A DNA stretch of 64,000 nucleotides, taken from the NCBI GenBank assembly GCA_038087875.1, contig CM075995.1, forward strand, positions 5,768,001 to 5,832,000, written 5' to 3'. Every line of letters begins with the position of its first letter. The first letter of the stretch is position 1. This DNA comes from Malacoraja senta. Lineage: Eukaryota. The notes below the pieces were generated by a model. The model saw only the letters and a list, made by a program, of their open reading frames with translations. It had not been told where the DNA came from and did not search any database. This document shows positions 12,583 through 24,308 of the stretch, in pieces. The position numbers and the translations under genes are program-made.

Positions 12583-13005
12583 ACATACAACAGTACAGCA
12601 CAGGAACAGGCCTTTCAGCCCACAGCGCTAAACATGATGCCAAGACCAACCCTTATCTATCTGCGCATAATCCATATTCAGGTGTCTATCCAAAAGTCAC
12701 TTAAATGCCACGACCGTACCTGCCTCCACCACCACTACCCTGGACAGCACATTCTAGGCACTCAACAACCTGTACCCAACACATCTCTATAATACAAAAC
12801 TCTTCCTATTGTTTGTGTTTGTGCCGATGATGAGTCAATCTGTTTTTCCTACCTTCTTCCAAACGCTAGGCCACAGCCTTCCCATTTTCACATAACCTAC
12901 TCACATTTTTCCCATTGTGGCGATAAACATCTTCCAGTCGCATTCCCACCTATATTTCCGATGATATTAATCCTTTAAATTTTAAAAACAGACCCAAAAA
13001 CTCAC

Positions 13006-13095
13006 CCATTTCTGAAACAAATACCCGAGTGACGTCACAATGCACTCGCAAGGCAGGACGGGACACTCTGGGAGGGAGGGCACTCCAGCCCTCAT
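13006..13095 (-). CDS. Candidate first coding exon (MRAGVPSLPECPVLPCECIVTSLGYLFQKW) of an unidentified minus-strand gene
   Basis: Apparently non-repetitive CpG-rich patch. ttcaccATG start context, 90 nt open, then a consensus donor TGG|GTGAGT. No protein similarity recognised, so it may be non-coding. Confidence 0.35.
13030..13037. promoter_or_regulatory. Perfect CRE palindrome TGACGTCA within a CpG-rich patch
   Basis: Exact 8-mer, in a GC/CpG-rich context of about 13020-13205. Function untested. Confidence 0.3.
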
Positions 13096-13204
13096 GGTGA
13101 ACGAGGTGTGGCGGCGGCTGCCGGCGCCCGATGCCTGGTGGCGAGGGTGGTGCCGCAGGCCCTGGCTGAAACCGAGCCTGGTGCTGGAGCGAGAGTCGAA
13201 CCCG

Positions 13205-13492
13205 GGGCTCTCTACCCCCCTCCCTCGCCCTCTCCCTCTCGACCCTCCCTCCCCCCCCACTCTACCCCCCTCCCTCTCCCTCTCCCCCTCCCTCTCTCTC
13301 TACCCCCTCCCTCTGTCCCTCTCTACCCCCTCCCTCTATACTCCCCTCCCCTCCCGCTCCCACTCTACTCCCCTCCCGCTCCCATCTCTACCCCCTCCCC
13401 TCCCTCTCTACCCCTCTCCCTCTCTGCCCCCCTCCCTCTGCCCCCCTTCCTCTCCACCCCTCCCCCCCCTTCCTCTCTACCCCTCCCTCTCT
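13205..13492. repeat. C/T-rich low-complexity tract (G-rich on the minus strand)
   Basis: ~290 bp made almost entirely of ctctaccccctcc-like units. Confidence 0.9.
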
Positions 13493-13499
13493 AAGGATT

Positions 13500-13997
13500 G
13501 AAACATAGAAACATAGAAAATAGGTGCAGGAGGAGGCCATTCGGCCCTTCGAGCCAGCACCGCCACTCATTGTGATCATGGCTGATCGTCCCCTATCAAT
13601 AACCCGTGCCTGCCTTCTCCCCATATCCCTTGATTCCATTAGCCCCTAAAGCTCTATCTAACTCTCTCTTAAATCCATCCAGTGATTTGGCGTCCACTGC
13701 CCTCTGTGGCAGGGAATTCCACAAATTCACAACTCTCTGGGTGAAAAAGTTTTTTCTCACCTCAGTCTTAAATGTCCTCCCCTGTATTCTAAGACTGTGG
13801 CCCCTGGTTCTGGACTCGCCCCACGTTGGGAAATGTTTTCCTACATCTAGCTTGTCCAGTCCTTTTATAATTTTATATGTTTCTATAAGATTCCCCCTCA
13901 TCCTTCTAAACTCCAGTGAATACAAGCCTAGTCTTTTCAATCTTTCCTCATATGACAGTCCAACCATCCCAGGGATCAATCTCGTGAACCTACGCTG
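13500..13997 (-). mobile_element. CR1 LINE 3' fragment
   Basis: ORF 13596-14144: QRRFTRLIPGMVGLSYEERLKRLGLYSLEFRR..GYGEKAGTGY. catagaaa tail. Confidence 0.9.
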
Positions 13998-14467
13998 AAG
14001 AAGGAGGGTGAAGAGGAGGAGGAGGGAGTGCTGGGGGATGAGGGGAAATGAGCCGCGCCTGCGCAGTTGGGGGCTATGCGTGAGTGGTGCAATATTGCGT
14101 TGGGGGAACGGGTGAGTAGTGGAATCTTGTGTTGGGAGCTGCACTTGGTCTAGTCTCCTTTAAACTTTGCCCCTCTCGCCTTTGCCCTCTCGTATTTGAT
14201 ATTTTCATCCTTTGATATTTCAATGCATATACGAACACAACGAATTCCCCAGCGAAACTTTTCAATTCATTGAAGCACGTATCAATAATAGTGTACTGAA
14301 GCCATTTAATGCATTTTTCCCATTAATTTCTCCAAGTTAATCACGTAATGCAAAAACAGATGTTCTGGTTCAGAATTTTCTCACTACTATAATAACATTG
14401 CTAAAAATAAATAAGCCCACCCTTAACCATGAGTCAGTTTAAATAATAATTCCTTTCCAAACTGTTA

Positions 14468-14953
14468 AGGGGCTGTCCCACTGCGGCAACCTAATTGGCG
14501 CGTTTAGAAGAGTTTGATAAAGTGTCATGTTGAAGACCTCCTTCAGCTATGTAGACCTCTTTCGACCTCCTTCGACTATGTTGAAGACAGCTTCGACTAG
14601 CTTCGGGAAAATTGGACACCGAATAGTGGAGAGTGAAGACTCCCTTCGACTATGTTGAAGACTATCTACCCTCGATTACCTATGAATAACATGCCGACCT
14701 ATTTCGACTAAACCTACAAGTAAAAATATTGATTTTTTTCCATGGCGACCTTTTTTTACTCGCGGGCATTTTTCAGCATGTTGAAAAATACGCTGCGACC
14801 TAGCTGAGGCCTCGAGTACGTGGGGACCACTCTCGAGCATGAGAGAGAGTTACAAAGACCTCCGAGGACCTCGTGTCGACCATGCTGCGAGTATGAGGCG
14901 AGGGCAAACTCTTCTAAACTCGCCAATTAGTTCGCTGCAGTGGGACAGCCCCT
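14468..14953. mobile_element. PIF/Harbinger-type MITE
   Basis: ~50-bp TIRs (aggggctgtcccactgcggc..agaagagtttg / caaactcttct..gcagtgggacagcccct). TTA duplicated on both sides. Internal cttcgactatgttgaagac repeats. Confidence 0.85.
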
Positions 14954-15044
14954 TTAGGGTCCATCGTATAAATATCGCTAGGGGCGAGTTCCAATAAGTG
15001 GAATACTCAAATTCTACTCAAGTTTTCTTTACATTATGCATACT

Positions 15045-15452
15045 CTGTATACTCTGGAGTTTAGAAGGATGAGAGGGCATCTTATTGAAACATATAAGGT
15101 TATTAAGGGTTTGGACACACTAGAAGCAGGAAACATGTTCCCGATGTTGGGGGAGTCCAGAACCAGGGGTCACAGTTTAAGAATAAGGGGTAAGCCATTT
15201 AGAACAGAGATGAGGAAATACTTTTTCTGACAGAGAGTTGTGAGTCTGTGGAATATTCTGCCTCAGGTGGAGGCAGGTTCTCTGGATACTTTCAAGAGAG
15301 AGCTAGATAGGGCTCTTAAAGATAGCGAGTCAGGGGATATGGGTAGAAGGCAGGAATGGGGTACTGAATGGGGAAGATCAGCCATTGTCACATTGAATGG
15401 CGGTGCTGGCTCAAAGGGCCGAATGGCCTACTCCTGCACCTATTATCTATTG
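15045..15452 (+). mobile_element. CR1 LINE 3' fragment
   Basis: LYTLEFRRMRGHLIETYK.. plus the CR1 3' UTR. Confidence 0.85.
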
Positions 15453-16815
15453 CAATTTGCTCCCATGAGTTGTTACAGAATGTATCTACATTTTAAAAGG
15501 CTCACTTTTGCGGAAATAAAAACAATAAATTTCAACACGATGTCCCAGTAAAGTGAAAACAAACCCCGTGTTCTTTTCATACTGATCAATACGTTTTCCG
15601 AGTACTGTTTTGTTATAAAAAACGACAAACAATAACAAACGACCTGTTAAAATACAGCAGTTGCACTCAACCCAGCTTGTGCCTGCGTTTTATCTGGTTG
15701 GCAAGTTGTTTGTTTGTTCTAGTTCTTTAAAAAACGTGCTTCAAATCAATCATTTGGGGGATTGAAGTTGTGAATGCAAGAATTTGCCTCATCCTTCCAA
15801 GAAAGAACACAGCCTCTCCACTAAATTAGTAGTCATTCTTTCCATTGCCTGCCCATCACTCTGCTGTGGGGGGGGCTGCAAAATAAATGGGACACCTCAG
15901 TATGTAAGCAAGGAGCGTTTCATGTCGAGACCCTTCTTCAGGCTCCAGCATTTTGTGTCTATCTCCGCTGTTACTCCAGCACTTTGTGTCTATCTTCCGT
16001 GCAAACCAGCATCTGCAGTTCCTTGCTCCACAAGGGAGAGTTTCATACTGTGCGTTGCAGGAGACTTTTTCCAAGTGTTTTTCTAATGAAAAGTCAGAAT
16101 CGAGGCCAAATCCAGCTCGGGGTTTCCACTCCACCCACTGGACGCTGGCCTCGGGTGAGTGATGCAGCAAGGTTTGTCTTGGGATCGGGACCAGGGTTGG
16201 GGGGTGTTGGAACCACAGGCGGTGCAAGTGGACCAACATATGGCCGCGTCCCGCCCCGGGGAACTCCTGCACCAGCACCATTTTACACTTTTATTTTTGT
16301 TTTGGGTTTTTTCCTCCCCCCCCCCCCCGTGCCACTACCTTTAGACGGGGAGGGGATGCAGCAATAACATTGGTAATTGCAATCAATCCACCGAAAGGGC
16401 CCGATTGCAAAAAGCCTAATCTCTCCCTGCACCGATCACTGAATTCTTGAATGCATGCAAGACTGCGAGCAGACTGAGCTCGAGCAGTGGCTCGGGTCTG
16501 ACCGGCAACTAGTGATTAGAAGACAAGATGTTGCAAGCAGAGAGCACGAGGCCCAGTTGCAAACTGGAAATAGTGATATAATGCACCGGCTCGGGGAGGA
16601 GACCACGCACAAAGCTCAATTCAAACAAATTTTAAAAAACATTGCGGGGACGTTGAGGGGGGAGTTAAAATCCATTCGCTCCGCTTTAGGTTTATCAATA
16701 ATTACTTAAAGCAACGTTAATTTCACCCCCGCCCCCCCGCGCAAATCTAGTGGGGATGCTGACTTTAATTATTAACCGATTGCTCTGAAGAGGTCTGAAA
16801 GAAGCGATGACCTAC

Positions 16816-16843
16816 CTCCTAGTGCAGCCGTCTTCTCCACCAT
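16816..16843 (-). CDS. Candidate short first coding exon (MVEKTAALG, phase 1)
   Basis: GC-rich leader, gagATGG start context, donor GAG|GTAGGT. No homology recognised. Confidence 0.3.
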
Positions 16844-17849
16844 CTCAACCCCAGCAGCCGTGCGCTCTCTCTGCCGCTGTCACCCGTGCACGCCTCCTGC
16901 TGGTCACTCCCTTCAACTGGGAATCAACCCCCTTTCTTGATCAATGACCCATATTCAACTTTTGGCAGAGGAAAATAAACAACAAAATGTGTCTGAACTA
17001 GATATTTGCATCAGTGAAGCAATGTTTCATTGCACTAGATTTCTGATTTGCTCAGGTAATGAGATGCATGGGACGTAGTGGCATTAAAAAAAACACATTT
17101 GGACGGGTATATGGAAAAGAAAGATTTAGAGGGACAGACACAAAATCGCTAGAGTAACACAGCGGGACAGGCAGCATCTGTGGAGAGAAGGAATGGGTGA
17201 CATTTCGGGTTGAGACCCTTCTTCGGACTGATTCGCACAAGATTCAGGGATATGAGCCAAACGCGAGCAGGTGCGACTAGTAGGTCGGCATGGCCAAGTT
17301 GGGCCAAAGGGCCTGTTTCCATGCTCTGACTGCCTTTTGCGGATATGGTTCAGCGATATCACAGTAAATCCTTGGTATCAGAAGGTTGGGCACGGGAATC
17401 CAACGGCAAGGTTTCAAGGGTCAGTTTATTGTCACATGTAATTAAGGTACAGTGAAATTCGAATGACCATGTGTTTGAATGAGAAATGTACACTAACTCT
17501 CCTCAGCAGCACCAAAGCTGCACAATTGCAGTGCCAATCCTTCAGAGGTGGAGTATTGGTTTATTATTGTCATATGTATCAAAATACGGGTATGCTATTC
17601 TGGGATTGACACAAAAAACCCTACATCCCTGTTAGATCTGTTGAGCTTTTCCAACATTTTCTATTTTCATTTCTAATTTCTGCGGTATTTTGAAGAATAG
17701 AGGTGAGCCCTAGACAATTATCACGTAATCGATCCAAGGCTATTATCTGCTCTTTACCACATTTGTTTGTGGAATCTTTGCATTGAAATTGGCTGTCACA
17801 TTTCCTGCATCTCAACAGTGAATACACTTCATAAGAACAAACACAAGGT

Positions 17850-19155
17850 AGAAACATAGAACATAGAAACATAGAAAAATAGTTGCAGGAGTAGGCCATT
17901 CGGCGCTTCGAGCCAGCACTGCCATTCAATATGATCATGGCTGATCATCTAAAATCAGTACCCCGTTCCTGCTTTTTCCCCATATCCTTTGATTCCTTTA
18001 GCCCTAAGAGCTAAATCTAACTCTCTTGAAAACATCCAGTGAATTGGCCTCCACTGCCTTATGTGGTAGAGAATTCCACAGATTCACAACTCTCTGGGTG
18101 AAGAAGTTTTTCCTCATCTCAGTCCTAAATGGCCTACCCCTTATTCTTAAACTGTGACCCCTGGTACTGAAGGAACCCGGCAAAATCTGGGGAGGGAATG
18201 GACAGGCAACATTTCAGATCCTTTATCAATCTGAAGAAGGGTTCCAACCTAAAACATCACCTGTGCATTATCTCCCCAGATGCTGCATGACCCGCCAGAA
18301 CTTTGTGTTTTACTCAAGGTTCCAGCATCTGCAATTCCTTATGTTCACACTTAATAAGAATGTCATCATTCAAAATGCGTTAAGGTATTCTGTGGTATTA
18401 AAGATACTATATAAATGCAAACATCCTTCTGCACACTTGAGTGAAATAAATTGGCATTCATTGGTTCACTCAAAATGGTGCGCTTGTTTCCTTGCGTTAC
18501 CTGCTTTGATTTAGCTTTCCCAGGCATGAGAGGGGACACATGCTACTTGCAGCAAGGATTGTTCTTGTGACATTGAATTTATCCATAGTGAGGCCAGTTG
18601 ACAATAGGTGCAGGAGTAGGCCATTCGGCCTTTCGAGCCAGCACTGCCATTCAATATGATCATGGCTGATCATCCACAATCAGTACCCCATTCCTGCCTT
18701 CTCGCCATACCCCCTGACTCCGCTATCTTTAAGAACTCGATCTAATTCTCTTGAAAGCATACAGAGAATTGGCCTCCACTGCCTTCTGAGACAGAGAATT
18801 TCACAGATTCACAACTCTCTGGATGAAAAAGTTATTTGCTAATGTTACTTTTGGTAATGTTACCTTTAATCTAAATCATTAATGTATATTGTAAAGAGCT
18901 GTGGTCCTAGCACCGAGCCTTGTGGTACCCCACTAGTCACTGCCTGCCATTCTGAAAGGGACCAGTTAATCCCTACTCTTTGTTTCCTGTCTGCTAACCA
19001 CTTCTCTATCCATGTCAGTACCCTACCCCCAATACCATGTGCTCTAATTTTGCCCACTAATCTCCCATGTGGGACCTTATCAAATGCTTTCTGAAAGTCC
19101 AGGTACACTACATCCACTGGCTCTCCCTTGTCCATTTTCCTAGTTACATCCTCAA
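17850..19155 (-). mobile_element. Cluster of CR1 fragments (two 3' ends and an RT piece)
   Basis: ORF 18866-19135: [39 protein letters not shown]. 3' UTRs at ~17870 and ~18600. Confidence 0.8.
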
Positions 19156-19639
19156 AGAATTAGCCCAGAAGGAAAATAGAATCTTATGGAGAGAACCATG
19201 GCACAGAGACAATACATGGTATGAAACTTGCATAAGAATACCCTCGCACCAACTGAGCTCCCTGTATCAGCCCTTTCACCGCAGAATACCTGATGCTTCC
19301 GAACATGACAACTGAGGAAAGAAAATTGCAAATCATGTCTTGACCATTTTCAGTCCCACATGTGGCTGATTTTCGAATGGTTCTGACAAAGACCTGGAAA
19401 CAGGTTGCCTTTCACCTATGTCTCCTCTTATGTTTATCGGTGTATCCCACTGTTCCCTTCTCCCCGTTTGTGTGTCTGGCCTCCCCTTTAATGTGTCTGC
19501 ACAGTTCACTTCAACCACCTCCTGTGGGAGCAAGTTCCACATTCTGCACTTTGCGTAAAGAAGCTTCTTGCAATTTCCTCGCTAGGTTTCTTGGCAACTA
19601 TCTTACATTGATGGTATTGCTGTTCCTAAACGTGGTAGG

Positions 19640-20480
19640 ATATGGTTTCAAGCGCTGGTATCTTTGACCTGATAGGAAGTGAAGAAGAGAGAATGACGAG
19701 GGTGTGAATGTTCCTTGATTATGTTAGCTGCTATCCCAGGGCAGCATGAAGTGTGGATGGTGGGTCGATGGGGAGGGTGGATGGTCTGTATGATGGCCGG
19801 GATAGTCTGTATGATCCATAACTCTCTGCAATTTCTTGTAGAAATTGCCAAACCAAGTTGTTATACAACTTCAATAGTCTTCTGAGGAAGTAGAGTGTTG
19901 GTGTGCCTTCTTGGCCAGGACAAATTGTCGGGGATATTTACATCTTGAACTTGAAGCTCGTGACCATCTCCACTTCAGCACCATTAGTGGCTTGTACTTG
20001 GCCATGTACTCCACCTTGTTTCCTCAAGTTAATAACTAGCTCCATCATCTTGCTGACATCGAGGGTGAGGTAGTGGTCTTGACACCATTTAACCTCCGTT
20101 CTCCTTTCTGTACTCCGTCTCACTACCGTGGTGTCATCTGCGAACTTGCAAATTGAGTTAGAGCAGAATTTGGCCAAACAGTTGTGAGTGCAAAAGGAAT
20201 ATATATTAAAAGGTGCTGAGAACACACCCTTGCGAGGCACCGGTGTTGAGAATTATCACGGAGGATGTCTTGTCTCATATCCTCATTGAATGTGGTTTAT
20301 GGTCAAAGATCCAGTGGCAGAGTGGTGTGCTGACTCCAAGGTCTATGAGTTTGAAGATGAATTTGGTTGGGATTGTAGTATTGAAGGCAGAGTCAATGGG
20401 GCACAGCTGGTTAGGGAACACGCATATTATCTTCTTTGGCACGTATTTCTCTACATAATCACCAATGAGGTCCATGACGC
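19640..20480 (-). mobile_element. Decayed Rex/Babar-type LINE
   Basis: SNSICKFADDTTVV and SAFNTTIPTKFIFKLIDLGVSTPLCHWIFD motifs. Confidence 0.75.
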
Positions 20481-20507
20481 CAGTGGCATACTCATTTAGG
20501 TTAGCCA

Positions 20508-21636
20508 GACAATGGGGGTAAAGGGTTTAAGAAGGAACTGTGCCCAACGTCGCCCTCACCCTGATGGCCACCTTTGTGTGTGGCTGCATCAGGTGGAGTG
20601 TAGAGCCAAGGCATGTGGGCACCAAGTGTCACTACCTGCTGAGGTTCTACCTGTCCCCGGTGTTGCGAAGGATGGGCCTGGTGCAGATGCCATACAATGT
20701 GCCAGTCAGCTGGAAATTGCCACCCCATCTGTCGTTTGTGGAAAGGTTCTTCCAGACCAACACCTTTGACCACATGTCCATCGGGCAGTGGTCAGCACGG
20801 AACGTCCTGCAGGCACTGCAGGGAAAGGACTCGATGGATCCGGTGGCGAGGTTCCCAGAGCAGACTGCCCAGCTTGTCTGGCAAAATGGCTCATCGCCAG
20901 AACTGACCAACAAGCACCAAGACCTGGCTTGGCTGGCGGTGAGGGGAGCCCTCCCAGTCAGATCTTTCCTGCACCGTCAGAACCTCACTACCAGTGCACG
21001 CTGCCCTCGGGACAGCTGCTATGGAGAGGAGACGGTTGCCCACCTCTTCGCAGAGTGTGGATTTGCAAAGAGAGTCTGGAGAAGTATGCAAGGGTCCCTG
21101 GCACGCTTTATCCCGAACAGTTCCGTCACAGAGGACTCTGTGATTTACGGACTGTTGCCAGGGACACATTCAGAGACTGACATCGAGTGCTGCTGGAAGG
21201 TCATCAACTCGGTGAAAGACGCTCTTTGGTCTGCCCGAGCGTTGTTCACCACCCAGCAGAGCAAGATGTCCGTCAGGGAATGTTGCCGACTGGCCCGCTG
21301 CAGACTGCAGGAGTACGTGCTGAGGGACGCACTGAAGCTCAGTGCAGCCAATGCCAAGGCTCGGTGGGGGAGGACCAGCCTAGGGTTCTTCCGCTGCTGG
21401 ACATGGGGGGCACGGTATGGTGGAGACGCCCCTTAAAATAAGGGCAGGTATCGCACGCCAGGGGGCCACATGAGTGGCACGGGTGGGGGACAGATTTGTG
21501 AAATTTGAGAAATGTACATAAACTGTATTGAACAATTTGTATAGCCTCCGAAAATGTCAGATGAATTTTTCGCACGGTTCATGTATTGTGTATATTTATT
21601 ACCTGAATAAAGTCTATTTTGAAATTTAAAAAAAAA
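20508..21636 (+). mobile_element. 5'-truncated Tx1/L1-clade LINE (ORF2 C-terminal zinc-binding region)
   Basis: ORF 20540-21436 has W..VRGALPV..CPRDSC..EETVAHLFAEC (zf-RVT-like). aataaa and an A-tail follow. TSD actcatttaggtt(a/g)gcca at 20490-20507 and 21638-21655. Confidence 0.9.
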
Positions 21637-21673
21637 CACTCATTTAGGTTGGCCACAGAGTTTGTGGGGGCTG

Positions 21674-21760
21674 GTACACAAAAATGCTGGAGAAACTCAG
21701 CGGGTGCAGCAGCATCTATGGAACGAAGGAAATAGGCAACGTTTCGGGCCGAAACCCTTC
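21674..21760 (-). mobile_element. PLE-derived mini-element
   Basis: TSD ttgtgggggctg at 21662-21673 and 21761-21772. Confidence 0.8.
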
Positions 21761-22197
21761 TTGTGGGGGCTGCACTGGACTTCAATGCGTCCTTCTGCAC
21801 TGTGCTCCTGCACCTTTGAATGTGCCTGTCAGAAACATTTAGTTTAGTTTATTGTCACATGTACAGTGAAAAGCTTTTGTTGCGTGCTAACCAGTCAGCG
21901 GAGAGACAATACATGATTACAATCGAGCCATTTACAGTGTATAGATACATGATAAAGGGAATAACGTTTAATGCAAGGTAAAGCCAGCAAAGTCCGATCA
22001 AAGATAGTCCGAGGATCACCAACAGGGCCGGATTTACGTATAAGCTGGACATGCTTCAGCTTAGGGCCTCGAGATCTAGGGGGACCTCGCAGAGCCGGAT
22101 TTACCACTAGGCTTCATAGGCTGAAGCCTAGGACCTCAAAATCTAGGGGGCCTCCGGCCAAGGCAGGACACCTGCCGTTCAACTCTAGGCGGGGCGG

Positions 22198-22228
<31 letters not shown>

Positions 22229-23714
22229 CCGTCTCCCCCCGCTATCCGTCCGGGTCGCCGGGTCTCCGCTCTCCGCTCGCTCCTCATCCGCCGGCAGGGC
22301 AGGCCGCCTTGCACATGCGCATTGCTAGACCAACACATCCTCCCCCTGCACATGTGCACAACCACGGCCCGCACATCATCGGCCGCCCTGCGCATGCGCA
22401 CTGCCACGGCAACTGGTCAGCGCTGGGCAGTTTCTCCCTCGCTTTGAATTGTGGGAGATTTGGCCGCCATTGCTGTCCGATCGCTGCCTCGCCGCAACCG
22501 CTGAAAACTAAAGCAGAATCACTCCCTGACCCTGGATCAGGAGTAACTCCCTGGAGTAACTCTTGCTTCTGGTTTCCTGGTCCTCCATAAATATTCTAAA
22601 TGGAATTTAAACTGGAGGTGGTAGAGGGCTGAACAATAACAGCCTATTGCATTTTATCTGTTTATTTATTGTGTATATATATGGTCTATGGTATATAAAC
22701 ACACTGAACTTTTATGTCCTGTTCTGTATTATGTTCACATATTCTGTTGTGCTGCAGCAAGCAAGAATTTCATTGTCCTATCTGGGACACATGACAATAA
22801 AACTATCTTGACTCTTGACTTGGATTTAAGCAAAAAAGGATTCTTGGGGAAAAAAGAGGTACCTTAAATTTACTTGCTTCTGGTTGGGTAACTATGGTAG
22901 GGTGAAGAATATTCCATGGTTTAATTGTGCGGGGGAACTCCATGGAGCAGCCAGCAACTCAGGATAGAAGAAATTGGGTGACGTTTTGGGTAGAGACCCT
23001 TTTTAAGACTCCCTCTGGTTTTAGTGTCTTTAGTTTAATTTAAAGATACAGCGTGGAAACAGGCCCTTCAGCCCACCGGGTCCACGCCGACCACTGATCA
23101 CCCGTACACTAGTTCTTTCCCACACATTAGCGGAGTAAGTCAAGTCAAGAGTGTTTTATTCTCTCACGTCCCAGTTAGAACAATGAAATCCTTACTTGCA
23201 GCAGCACAACAGAATATGTAAACATAGCACTCTGTAAACAATGTTATAAACGAGAAAACAAAACGGTGCATATTTATATATGAATATATAACTATATAAA
23301 TATATGTGTGTGTGTGTGTGTGTGTGTGTATAATATATATACACACACACACAATTTCCCTCCTTGGATTAATAAAGTTCTATCGTATAGTATTGTGTGT
23401 GTAGGAAGGAACTGCAGATGCTGGTTTAAACTGAAGATAGACACAAACAGCTGGAGTAACTCAACAGGTCAGACAGAATCTCTGGACAAAAGGAAAATAT
23501 TACGTTTTGGGTTGGGTCTGAAATAGGTTCCTGCACACCTTTGGAATGTGGAAGGAAACAAGAGCACCCAGAGAAAACCCATGCGATCAAAGGGAAAAGG
23601 AGCAAACTCCATACAGACAGCACCCATTTTCAGGATCAATTCCGGGTCTCTGGCACTTTTAGGCAGCAACTTTATGGCCAATGTACAGCCCCATAGCCTT
23701 GAACTTAATTAAAA

Positions 23715-24308
23715 CGACAAGTGTAGCATTTCCTGCGGTTACAAGGGAAAGTGCCAGGAGAGGTTTGGGTGGGAAGGGGCGAATTGACCAGGGAGTTACG
23801 GAGGGAGCGATCTCTGCGGAAAGCCAACAGGGGAAGAGATGGGAAGATGTGGCCAGTGGTGGGATCCCATTCGTAGACAAAAAAGCTGGAGAAAATCAGG
23901 CAGCATCTGTGGAGCGAAGGAACAGACGACGTTTCGGGTCGAGACCCTTCTTCAGATTGATGTCGGGGGGGGATGACATGAAAAAGAAAGCAAGAGGCGG
24001 AGACAGTAGGCTGTGGGAGAGCTGGGAATGGGAGGGGAAGGGGGGAGAAAGCAAGGACTACCTGAAATTAGAGAAACCAATGTGCATACCGCTGGGGTGT
24101 AAACTACCCAAGCAAATATGAGGTGCTGCCCTTCCAATATGTGGTGGGCCTCACTCTGGCCATGGAGGAGGCCCAGGACAGAAAGGTCGGATTCGGAATG
24201 GGAAGGGGAGGTGAAGTGTTGAGCCACCGGGAGATCAGGTTGATTATTGCAAACTGAGTGGAGGTGTTGTGTGAAGCGATCGCCAAGCCTGCGCTTGGTC
24301 TCACCGAG
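23715..24308 (-). mobile_element. Penelope-like element fragments (GIY-YIG C-terminal part plus 3' pseudo-LTR)
   Basis: GETKRRLGDRFTQHLHSVCNNQPDLPVAQHF matches the ORF at 49064-49711. Confidence 0.85.
23928..23955 (-). ncRNA. Minimal type I hammerhead ribozyme motif
   Basis: CUGAAGA A GGGUC UC GACCC GAAA CG UC, sense to and downstream of the GIY-YIG fragment. Confidence 0.65.

Noticed and set aside
13040..13501. Pro/Ser/Leu-rich ORFs of 128-153 aa
   Set aside because: Artefact of the C/T low-complexity tract, which lacks stop codons.
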